A stretch of 61,332 bases of DNA, taken from NCBI GenBank assembly GCA_035286595.1, contig DATEDA010000096.1, forward strand, positions 1-61,332. Direction: 5' to 3'. The stretch is from Burkholderiales bacterium. Its GTDB lineage: Bacteria > Pseudomonadota > Gammaproteobacteria > Burkholderiales > SG8-39. The notes under the pieces were generated by a model that was not told where the DNA came from, made no database searches, and saw nothing but the letters and a program-made list of their open reading frames with translations. Positions 8,980 to 19,200 of the stretch are shown here, piece after piece; position 1 is the first letter of the stretch, and each line of letters begins with the position of its first letter. The position numbers and the translations under genes are program-made.

Positions 8980-10313
8980 CCGGTCAGGAACTCCTCGGCG
9001 TGATCATGCTGGCGAGCATGATCGGGATCGTCTTCGTCGGGGTGCCGATCTCCTTCACGCTGCTGTACATCGCGCTGGTCTTCGGCTCGCTCGGCCTGGG
9101 GCTGGATGCGACCTTCAACCTCGCCTATCTCCAGATCTTCGGCGCGATGAAGGACGACGTCCTGCCGGCGGTGCCGCTGTTCATCTTCATGGGGTTCATG
9201 AGCGAGCAGGCCGGGCTGATGAACCGGCTCTTCGAGACGCTGCGACACATCCTCGCGCCGGTTCGCGGCTCCCTGTATCTGACGGTGCTGCTCACCGCGA
9301 CGCTGTTCGCGATGGCGACCGGCATCATCGGCGCCGCCGTGACCGTGCTCGGCATCATCGCCGGACCGATGATGGTCAAGGCGGGCTACGACGCGCGACT
9401 CTCGGCCGGCGCGATCGCCGCGGGCGGCAGCCTCGGCATCCTGATTCCCCCCAGCGTGATGCTGCTCGTGATGGGTCCGCTGCTCGGCGTGCCGGTCAAC
9501 TACCTCTACAGCGCCGCGCTCGGCCCCGGCCTCCTGCTCGCCGCGCTCTACATCGGCTACTGTCTCGCCCGCAGCTTCTTCAACCCGAGCCTCGGCCCGC
9601 CGGTGCCCGTCGGCGAGCGCGTCGGCGATGTCCGCAAGCTCGCCTACGAGTTCACGGCCGGCGTGGTCCCGCTCAGCGTGCTGATCGGGGCGACGCTCGG
9701 CACGATGATCGCCGGCCTCGCGACCGCGACCGAGGCGGCCTCGTGCGGCGCGCTGGGCGCGACGCTGCTCGCGCTGGCCTATCGCAAGCTCACGCCTCAG
9801 GCGCTGAGGAACGCCGCGATCTCGACCGTCGTCACCTCGAGCATGGTGCTGTTCCTCGTCGTCGGGTCCAACGTGTTCGGCGCGGTGTTCAACCAGCTCG
9901 GTGCGGCCGCGCTCATCAAGGGCGCGGTCACGGCGATCCCGCTTCCGGACATGGGCAAGCTGCTGCTGATCATGGCCATCATCTTCCTGCTGGGGTGGCC
10001 GTTCGAATGGCCGGCGATCGTGCTCGTCTTCCTGCCGATCTTCCTGCCGGTGGTCGAAACGCTCGACATCGGCTTGCCCAAGCAGGAGCTCCTGCTGTGG
10101 TTCGGCGTCGCGGTGGCGGTGAACCTTCAGACGGCCTTCCTCAGTCCGCCGGTCGCCATGTCGGCGTACTACCTGAAGAACGTGATGCCGCAATGGGGGT
10201 TGGGGATGATCTACCGCGGCATGGCGCAGTTCATGGTGATTCAGGTCGTCTGCGTGCTGCTCCTGCTCGTGTGGCCCGAGGTCGCGCTGTGGCTGCCGCG
10301 GGCCCTGAGATGA
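8976..10313 (+). CDS. dctM: TRAP large permease
   Basis: Multi-TM protein with AVPLFIFMG, GGSLGILIPPS and FLSPP motifs. Start is either CTG 8976 or GTG 9000. Confidence 0.9.
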   Translation: MTGQELLGVIMLASMIGIVFVGVPISFTLLYIALVFGSLGLGLDATFNLAYLQIFGAMKDDVLPAVPLFIFMGFMSEQAGLMNRLFETLRHILAPVRGSLYLTVLLTATLFAMATGIIGAAVTVLGIIAGPMMVKAGYDARLSAGAIAAGGSLGILIPPSVMLLVMGPLLGVPVNYLYSAALGPGLLLAALYIGYCLARSFFNPSLGPPVPVGERVGDVRKLAYEFTAGVVPLSVLIGATLGTMIAGLATATEAASCGALGATLLALAYRKLTPQALRNAAISTVVTSSMVLFLVVGSNVFGAVFNQLGAAALIKGAVTAIPLPDMGKLLLIMAIIFLLGWPFEWPAIVLVFLPIFLPVVETLDIGLPKQELLLWFGVAVAVNLQTAFLSPPVAMSAYYLKNVMPQWGLGMIYRGMAQFMVIQVVCVLLLLVWPEVALWLPRALR

Positions 10314-10320
10314 TCGCTCG

Positions 10321-11106
10321 ATGAAGTCGCTCGCCGGCAGAAGCGCTCTCATCACCGGCTCGGACGGCGGCATCGGTTTCGCCATCGCCGAGGGGCTGGC
10401 CGAGGAGGGCTGCAACATCGTGCTGAACGGTCCGGCGGAATCCGCGGCGACGGGCGGGCTCCGAGAGCGGATCGCGGCGAGGAAAGTAAGGTGCGTCTAT
10501 GTCCGCGCCGACGTGGGAAACGTGGACGAGATCGAGCGAATGTTCGCCGCGGCGGCGGCGATCGGAGACGTCGACATCCTGGTCAACAACGCCGTGGTCC
10601 GCCACTTCCATCCGATCGAGGAGTTCCCGGTCGCCGAGTGGGAGCGTGCGCTCGCGGTGAACGTGTCGGCGGTGTTTCACACGACGCGCCTCGCGGTGCC
10701 CGGGATGAGGAACCGCAACTGGGGGCGGATCGTCAACCTGGCATCGATCTACAGCACGCGCGGCTGCGAGCACCGGGTGGACTACGTGACCGCCAAGCAC
10801 GCCATCGTCGGCCTCACGCGCACCGTGGCGCTGGAGCTCGCGCGCACCGGGGTCACCTGCAATGCGGTGCAGCCGGGCTGGGTGCTCACGCCGCACAGCG
10901 AGCGGCAGATCGCCGACCGGATGAAGACCGCCGGCGGCACGCGCGAGGCGGCGATCGCGGCGCTCCTCGAGTCGCGCCAGCCGTCCGGTCGCTTCGTCAT
11001 GCCGGGCGAGGTCGCCGCGTGCGTCGTGTTCCTGTGCTCCGCGGCGGGGTCGGCGATCACCGGCGCCACGCTCTCGGTCGACGGCGGCTGGTCGGCGGCG
11101 CCGTGA
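10321..11106 (+). CDS. Short-chain dehydrogenase (3-hydroxybutyrate dehydrogenase-like)
   Basis: TGSDGGIG, NNA and catalytic YVTAK motifs. Confidence 0.9.
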   Translation: MKSLAGRSALITGSDGGIGFAIAEGLAEEGCNIVLNGPAESAATGGLRERIAARKVRCVYVRADVGNVDEIERMFAAAAAIGDVDILVNNAVVRHFHPIEEFPVAEWERALAVNVSAVFHTTRLAVPGMRNRNWGRIVNLASIYSTRGCEHRVDYVTAKHAIVGLTRTVALELARTGVTCNAVQPGWVLTPHSERQIADRMKTAGGTREAAIAALLESRQPSGRFVMPGEVAACVVFLCSAAGSAITGATLSVDGGWSAAP

Positions 11107-11116
11107 AAGGGAGATC

Positions 11117-11914
11117 ATGACCATTCCTGCCTACGAGCTGTACGCGATCAAGTACGCGCACCACGCGCGGCTGCGAAGCGCCAACTTCATCGGCGGCGAC
11201 CCGCACGACGGGCCGATGCCGATGGACTACTTCGTGTGGCTCGCGCGGAGCGCCGAGCGCACGTTCGTGATCGACACCGGGTTCAACGCGGAAGCGGCCG
11301 CGCGGCGCAAGCGCGACCACGTCCGCTGCCCCACCCAGGGCCTCGCGCTGCTGCAGGCCGACGCGGCCAAGGTGCGGGACGTGATCATCACGCACCTGCA
11401 CTACGACCACGTCGGCAACTTCGATCTCTTTCCGGCGGCGACGTTCCACATCCAGGACCGCGAGCTGCAGTTTGCGACCGGGCGGCACATGTGCGCCGAC
11501 TTCCTGCGCCACTCGTTCGACGTGGAGAACGTGGTCGGCATGGTGCGGGAGGTCTACAAGGGGCGGGTCGCGTTCTACGACGGCGACGCGGAGATCGCGT
11601 CCGGGATCTCGGTGCATCTGGTGGGCGGCCACACCATGGGTTTGCAGTTCGTCCGGGTCCACACGCGGCGCGGCTGGGTGGTCGTCGCCTCCGACGCGAG
11701 CCATTACTACGAGAACATGCTGGAGCGGCGTCCCTACCCGACGGTGTTCAGCGTCGGCGACATGATCCAGGGGTGGGGGCGGCTCTTCGCGTTCGCGGAC
11801 TCGCCCGATCACGTCGTCCCTGGTCATGACCCCGAAGTGCTGCGGCGCTATCCGCCGCCCGCCCGGGATCTGGAAGGGATCGTGGTGCGGCTCGACGTCG
11901 CGCCGGCCGCCTGA
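11117..11914 (+). CDS. Metallo-beta-lactamase-fold hydrolase, AHL-lactonase (AttM/AiiB)-like family
   Basis: THLHYDH, GHT, SDASHY and PGHD motifs. Confidence 0.9.
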   Translation: MTIPAYELYAIKYAHHARLRSANFIGGDPHDGPMPMDYFVWLARSAERTFVIDTGFNAEAAARRKRDHVRCPTQGLALLQADAAKVRDVIITHLHYDHVGNFDLFPAATFHIQDRELQFATGRHMCADFLRHSFDVENVVGMVREVYKGRVAFYDGDAEIASGISVHLVGGHTMGLQFVRVHTRRGWVVVASDASHYYENMLERRPYPTVFSVGDMIQGWGRLFAFADSPDHVVPGHDPEVLRRYPPPARDLEGIVVRLDVAPAA

Positions 11915-11952
11915 TCGCGGGACGACGGCGCTTCACGACTCTAGGAGGACTC

Positions 11953-12870
11953 GTGGCAGGCGGGAAGATCGGTTTTATCGGCCTCGGCGTGATGGGTGCG
12001 CCGATGTCGCAGCGGCTGCTCGATCGCGGCCACGCCCTCGTCGTCCACGACCTCGATCGTGATGCCGTGCGAAGGCTCACCGCGGCCGGCGCCGCCGAGG
12101 CGGCGAGCGCGCGCGAGGTCGCGGACGCCGCGCACACGGTGTTCGTGAGCCTGCCCACACCGGCGATCGTGCGCGAGGTCGCGCTCGGCGACAACGGCAT
12201 CGCCCGCGGGCGCGCGGTACGCACGTTCGTCGATCTGTCCACGACCGGTTCGGTCGTGGAGCGGGAAGTGGCCGCCGCGCTCGCCGCCCGCGGGATCGAG
12301 GCGGTCGACGCGCCGGTGTCCGGCGGCGCGGCCGGGGCGCAGAAGGGCACGCTCGCAGTCATGGCCGCGGGCCGGGCGGAGGCGGTGGCCGGCGTCCGCC
12401 CGCTCCTCGAGATCTTCGGCAAGGTATTCATCGTCGGCGATCGCGCGGGGCAGGGCCAGCTGATGAAGCTGATCAACAACCTCCTGTCCTCCACCGCGTT
12501 CGCGATCACATGCGAGGCACTGGTCGCGGGCGTCAAGGGCGGGCTCGACGCCGACGCGATGCTCGCGGTGATCAACGCCGGCAGCGGCAGGAACGGCGCC
12601 ACCGAGGACAAGTTCCCGAAATGGGTGCTCCCGCGGACGTTCGCGTTCGGCTTCCCGATCGCCAGCGTGTGCAAGGACATCGCGCTCGCGATCGAGGAAT
12701 GCCAGGCGCTCGGGGTGCCGATGTGGGTCGGCGGCGCGTCGCGCCAGCTCTGGCACTATGCCCGCGCGCAGGGCGGCGCCGCGAACGACATGACCTCGCT
12801 CGTCACTTACATCGAGGGCTGGGCGGGAGCCGAGGTCAGGGGGAAGGCGGCGGAGGCGGCGAAGCCGTGA
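11953..12870 (+). CDS. NAD(P)-dependent beta-hydroxyacid dehydrogenase (3-hydroxyisobutyrate dehydrogenase family)
   Basis: GFIGLGVMG, DAPVSGG and MKLINN motifs. Confidence 0.9.
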   Translation: MAGGKIGFIGLGVMGAPMSQRLLDRGHALVVHDLDRDAVRRLTAAGAAEAASAREVADAAHTVFVSLPTPAIVREVALGDNGIARGRAVRTFVDLSTTGSVVEREVAAALAARGIEAVDAPVSGGAAGAQKGTLAVMAAGRAEAVAGVRPLLEIFGKVFIVGDRAGQGQLMKLINNLLSSTAFAITCEALVAGVKGGLDADAMLAVINAGSGRNGATEDKFPKWVLPRTFAFGFPIASVCKDIALAIEECQALGVPMWVGGASRQLWHYARAQGGAANDMTSLVTYIEGWAGAEVRGKAAEAAKP

Positions 12871-12990
12871 GCGCACTGCGCGCCGAGCCATGGTGCACCG
12901 TGCCGGATCCCGACCATGCGGGAGAACGCAAGCGTCTGCGGAAGCCGGGCTGCCTCGGCACGGGCAAGGCCACGCAAGCGAAAGCCGACC

Positions 12991-13124
12991 CGCGTATAGT
13001 GAGTCATCGATAGAGGCGCTGGCACTTCCCACCTCTCACGCCCCCGATTAGCGACCCCGGGCCGACGACCATCCCTAGGGGCCCGCTATGCGCGTGGTCG
13101 AAAGACGCTACGTTCTCGCCGGCA
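12991..13124 (+). repeat. Diverged direct repeat, copy 1 (copy 2 at 29679-29829)
   Basis: Shared exact blocks CGCGTATAGTGAGT, AGAGGCGCTG, GCCCCCGATTAGCGACCCCGGGCC and ATGCGCGTGGTCGAAAGA. Confidence 0.9.
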
Positions 13125-13174
13125 TGATGTCCCGCCGGCTTCCAGTCATGCCTGCGCCGACCGGAACCCGGTGA
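13088..13174 (+). pseudogene. Truncated copy of the 29775 ORF
   Basis: MRVVER-RYVLAG matches MRVVERITGTAGRYALAG with an 18-nt deletion, then diverges and stops after 28 aa. Confidence 0.65.
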
Positions 13175-13272
13175 GCATTTGAGCCGTGCCACGCCGCCCG
13201 TCCGGCCGGCCATCATCGCATCCGCGCCCGCGGCGCAGTAGCCGACCACCTCATCCTGCGCACCGTGGTGGC

Positions 13273-16200
13273 GTGAAGATCAGGGGTCGCAAGGCCCGAT
13301 TGAGATCGGTGATTCTCCGCGCGTTCGGGCGCGCGTCGCAGGCCGCACCATGGGACAACGAAGAGTCCATCCGCGAGGAGCTCTTCAGCATCGAGCGTCT
13401 CGAGCAGCATGCCGAGAGCCTCGCGGCGGCACAGCCGGTCACCGCAGGCCCGGCGAGCGGGCGGTCGCTCGCCGTCCGGCTGAAGGAGAATGAATCGATC
13501 CTGCTCGACGCCTATCGCGCCATCGCACGCGCGGTCGGGGAGGGCCGAGCGATCACGCCGGCCGCCGAGTGGCTGCTCGACAACTACCACCTCGTCGAGG
13601 AGCAGATCCGCGAGATCCGCGACGATCTGCCGCCCGGCTACTACCGGCAACTGCCGAAGCTCGCCGACGGACCGTTCGCCGGCTATCCGCGGGTCTTCGG
13701 CGTCGCCTGGGCCTTCGTCGCGCATACCGACAGCCGCTTCGACCCGGAGATGCTGCGCCGGTTCGTGCGCGCCTACCAGCGCGTTCAGCCGCTGACCATC
13801 GGGGAGCTATGGGCGGTTGCGATCACGCTGCGGATCGTGCTCGTGGAGAATCTCCGGCGCGGGGCCAGGCGCATCGTGGCGGGCCGCGCGGCCCGCGAGG
13901 AAGCCGACGCCCTGGCCGACCGGCTTCTCGGCGTGGACGCGCCTCCGGCGGAGTCGATCGCCCCGAGCCTCCAACACTACGAAGAAGCTCCCCTGCCCGC
14001 GGCTTTCGCCGTCCAGCTCGTGCAACGGCTGCGGGACCAGGACCCGAAGGTCACGCCGGCGCTGCTGTGGCTCGAGGAGCGCCTGGCGGCGCAGGGCAAG
14101 ACCGCCGACGCGATCGTGCACGACGAGCACCAGCGACAGGGTGCCACGAACGTGACGGTCCGCAACGTGATCACGAGCATGCGCCTCATCTCGGACGTCG
14201 ACTGGTCGGGGCTCGTCGAGGACGTCAGTCTCATCGACGACACGCTGCGGCCCGGCAGCGACTTCGCGCGCATGGATTTTCCGACGCGGAACCTCTACCG
14301 CAGCGCGATCGAGACGCTGGCGCGCGGCTCGAGACTCTCGGAGCTGGAGATTGCGCGTGAGGCGCTGGCGGCCGCGAACGACCCGGCGCTCCAGCAGCCG
14401 GAAGAGGGCGATGATCCCGATCGCCGCAAGCGCGATCCCGGTTACCACCTGATCGCCGGCGGGCGCGGCGCGTTCGAGGCGACGATCGGGTTTCGCGCGC
14501 CGCTGCGCACTTGGCCCGGTCGCTTCAGCGCCATGATCGGCATCCGCGGCTATATCGGCGGTGTCATGACGGTCGCCGCGATCGTTGTCGCCGCGCCGCT
14601 CGCCGCACTGGCGGACGCGGGAACCAGCGCGTGGTGGCTCGGCGTCTTAGCGGCCCTCGGGCTGATCCCGTCGATCGATGCGGCGATGGCGGTCGTGAAC
14701 CGCGCCGTGACCAGAGGGTTCGGCGCGACGATCCTGCCGGGCCTGGAGCTTCGCGACGGGGTGCCTCCGAGCCTCCGCACGGTGGTCGCCGTCCCCATCC
14801 TGCTCACCACGCCGGCCGCGCTGGAAGAGCAGATCGAGCGTCTGGAGATCCACCATCTTGCGAGTCCGGAAGGCGAGCTCCACTTCGCGCTCCTCTCGGA
14901 CTGGACCGACGCCGCGACCGAGACCGTCGAAGGAGACGACGCGCTCCTCGCCGCCGCCGCCGCGGGCATCGCCCGCCTGAATCGCCGCTACGGACCGGCC
15001 GCCGGTGGGGACCGCTTCCTCCTCTTTCATCGCCGGCGGGTGTGGAACGAAGGGCAGCACCGGTGGATGGGGTGGGAACGCAAGCGCGGCAAGCTCCACG
15101 AGTTGAACCGGCTGCTCCGCGGTGCGACCGATACGACCTTCGTGGGGGTCGGCGAGCGGCTCCCGGCACCGCCCGCCGGCGTCCGCTACGTCATCACGCT
15201 CGACGCCGATACGCGGATGCCGCGCGAAACCGCGCGCCGGCTGGTCGGGAAGATGGCGCATGCGCTCAACCGGCCGCGGTTCGATGCCGTCACGCGAAGA
15301 GTGGTCGAGGGATACGGGGTGCTGCAGCCGCGCGTCACGCCTTCGCTGCCGGTCGGCCGCGAGGGGTCGCTCTTCCAGCGCATCTCCTCCAGCATGAGCG
15401 GCATCGACCCCTACTCCGCCGCCGTGTCCGACGTGTACCAGGATCTGTTCGGCGAGGGCTCCTATACCGGCAAGGGCATCTACGACGTGGATGCCTTCGA
15501 AGCCGCGCTCGACGCTCGCGTGCCCGAGAGCGCGTTGCTCAGTCACGATCTCTTCGAGGGGACCTTCGCTCGCGCCGGCCTCGCATCCGACATCGAGGTG
15601 GTCGAGGAGTTTCCGTCGCGCTACGACGTGGCGGCCGGACGTCAGCACCGCTGGGCGCGTGGCGACTGGCAGCTGCTACCGTGGATTCTCGGTCGGGGCG
15701 GTGCCTCGCCCGACGACCGGAGTACGGGTGCACTGCCGCTGATCGGCCGGTGGAAGATGCTCGACAACCTGCGGCGGTCGCTCTCGGCGCCGGCGAGTCT
15801 CGTCGCGCTGGTCGCGGGGTGGACACTGCCCCTGCAGGCTGCGGTCGTCTGGACGGGCTTCATCCTGTCGACGATCGCGCTGTCGACGCTGCTACCCGTC
15901 CTCGCCGGGATCGTGCCGCGACGCGCCCGGGTCACGACACGCAGCCACCTGCGCGCGCTCGGCGCGGACGTCCGGCTCGCGCTGTCCCAGACCGCGCTGC
16001 TCGCCGTCTTTCTCGCGCATCAGGCGTGGCTGATGCTCGATGCGATCGGACGAACGCTCTATCGCCTGTTCGTGAGCCACCGGCATCTGCTCGACTGGGT
16101 CACGGCGGCTCAGGCGCAGGTCGGTCCGCGGCTCGACCTCGCCGGGTTCTATCGGCAGATGAGCGGTGGCGTCGCCCTAGGCATCGTCGCTGCCGCCGTC

Positions 16201-19200
16201 GTCTGGTGGATGGGGAGCGACGCCTGGCCGGTGGCGGCGCCGTTCATCATCGCCTGGGTCGCGTCGCCCGCCATTGCCCGATGGACGAGCCTCTCGCCGC
16301 TCGTCGCTGGCCGCGTGGCGGTTTCGGCTGCGGACGCCGATGCCCTGCGCCTGGTTGCGCGCCGCACCTGGCGCTTCTTCGAGACCTTCGTGACGTCGAC
16401 GGATCACATGCTCCCGCCGGACAACTTCCAGGAAGACCCGAAGCCGATCGTCGCGCACCGGACCTCGCCCACCAATCTCGGCGTCTACCTCCTCTCCGCG
16501 GTCAGCGCCCGCGACTTCGGCTGGGTGGGGACGATCGAGACCGTCGACCGGCTGGAAGCGACGCTCGCGACGATGGGCGGCTTGCAGCGGTTCCGCGGGC
16601 ACTTCTACAACTGGTACGACACGCGGGATCTCCGACCGCTCGATCCGCAGTACGTCTCGTCGGTGGACAGCGGCAACCTGGCCGGGCATCTGATCGCGCT
16701 TGCGAATGCCTGCCGGGAATGGATCGGCCGTCCGGCGGCCGGCCCTGAAGTGCTTGCCGGCATCGAAGACGCCCTCCAACTGACGCGCGAATCCTTGGGG
16801 GGGCTTCCCGACGACCGGCGGACGCAGACGATCACGCGGCACCAGCTCGACGATGCGCTCGATGCGCTGGCGGCCGCGCTCCGCCGGGCGCCGATGCCGC
16901 CGGCGGACATCGGTGCGCGACTGGCGGAGGCCGCGCCGCACGCCGCGACGATGGCCGACATTGCGCGCACGCTCGCGAGCGAACGCGGCGACGAAGCCGG
17001 CACCGAGATGCTGTTCTGGGCCGAGGCGACGCTCGCGTCGATCGAGAGTCACCGTCGGGACGTTGCCCCGGCCGTCGACGCCGCCCGCGTCCTGGAACGG
17101 CGCCTTGCGGCGCTGGAGGCTGCGGCGCGGACGATGGCCGGCGCGATGGACTTCGGCTTTCTCCTCGACCCGGACCGCAGACTCCTCGCAATCGGTTACC
17201 GGGTCGCGGACGGCACGCTCGACCCGAGCTGCTACGATCTCCTCGCATCCGAAGCGCGCCTGGCGAGCTTCGTGGCGATCGCCAAGGGCGACGTCCCTTC
17301 GCGGCACTGGTTCCGGCTCGGGCGCGCCGTCACCCCGACCGGACGCGGCGCGGCACTGATCTCCTGGTCGGGATCGATGTTCGAGTACCTGATGCCGTCG
17401 CTCGTGATGCGCGCACCGGCCGGCAGCCTGCTCGAGGAGACGAGCCGCCTCGTCGTCCGCCGGCAGGTGAGCTATGGCGCCACGCTCGACGTGCCCTGGG
17501 GGATTTCCGAGTCCGCCTATAACGTCCGCGACCTGGAGCACACCTACCAGTATTCGAACTTCGGCGTCCCGGGACTGGGTCTGAAACGCGGTCTCGGCGA
17601 GAACGCCGTCGTCGCACCCTATGCGACGGCGCTCGCGGCCATGGTCGATCCGGGAGCGGCGGCGCGAAACTTCGCCCGGCTTGCCACCGCCGGCGCGCGC
17701 GGCCGCTACGGCTTCTACGAGGCCCTCGACTACACGCCCACGCGGCTGCCGGAGGGGAAGGACGTTGCGATCGTCCGCGCCTTCATGGCGCACCATCAGG
17801 GCATGACCGTGGTCGCGATCGCCAATGCTCTCCTGGACGGCGCGATGCGGGCGCGGTTCCATGCCGAGCCGATCGTGCAGGCGACGGAGCTGCTGCTGCA
17901 GGAGCGCACGCCGCGCGACGTCGCGGTGGCTCATCCCAGGGCGGAGGAAGTCGCCACCGCGGCGACGGTCCGCGAGCTGGAGCTCCCGGCGGTGCGACGG
18001 CTCCGCTCCCCGCACGACGCCACGCCGCAAGTGCACCTGCTCTCGAACGGCCGGTATGCGGTAATGCTGACGGGCGCCGGGTCCGGGTACAGCCGCTGTG
18101 GCGATCTCGGAATCACGCGCTGGCGCGAAGACGCCACCCGCGACGACTGGGGCGCCTACGTTTTCCTGCGCGACGTGCAGAGCGGCGACGTGTGGTCTGC
18201 GGGCTACCAGCCGACCGGCGTCGAGCCGGACCGCTATGACGTCACGTTCACCGAGGATCGCGCCGAGTTCGTCCGCCACGACGGACCGATCACCACGCTG
18301 CTCGAGGTCCTCGTCTCGCCGGAGGACAACGCCGAGGTTCGCCGCGTCTCCGTGGCGAATGCGGGGAGCCGGACCCGGGACATCGAGCTCACCTCGTACG
18401 CCGAGCTCGTGCTGGCGCCGCCCGCCGCCGACACGGCGCACCCGGCCTTCTCCAAGCTCTTCGTGCAAACGGAATATCTCCACAAACAGGGCGCGGTCCT
18501 CGCGACGCGACGGCGCCGATCGCCCGGCGAGCCCGAGGTCTGGGTGGCGCATCTCGCCGTCGTCGAAGGGGAGGCGGTGGGCGAGCCGGAGATCGAAACC
18601 GACCGGGCCCGGTTCCTCGGCCGCGGGCGCGAGTCCCGAGCGCCGATCGCGGTGATGGACGGCCGGCCGCTTTCGAATACCGTCGGCACGGTCCTGGATC
18701 CCGTTTTCGCGCTGCGCCGCCGCGTGCGGGTACCGCCGGGCAGGGCGGCGCGCATCGCGTTCTGGACGGTCGTCGCTTCGTCCCGTGGCGAGGCCCTGGA
18801 CCTGATCGACAAGCATCAGGACACGACCGCCTTCGACCGCGCGGCCACGTTGGCGTGGACCCAGGCGCAAGTGCAGTTGAGCTACCTCGGCATCGACGCG
18901 GAGCAGGCGGCCCTCTTTCAGCGTCTCGCCGGCTACGTGCTCTACGCCGATCCCACGCTCCGTCCGTCGTCGGACGCCATCCGCCGCGGCGGCGGCGGGC
19001 CGCCGGCGCTCTGGGCGCAGGGCATCTCCGGCGACCTCCCGATCGTCCTCGTGCGGATCGACGACATCGAGGACGTCGCCATCGTCCGCCAGTTGCTGCG
19101 GGCCCACGAGTACTGGCGGCTGAAGCAGCTCGCCGTCGATCTCGTGATCCTGAACGAGCGGGGATCGTCCTATATCCAGGATCTCCAGATCGCCCTGGAG

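Noticed and set aside
11117-11914. Quorum-quenching AHL lactonase
   Set aside because: The family motif is present, but the operon context points to a catabolic lactonase.
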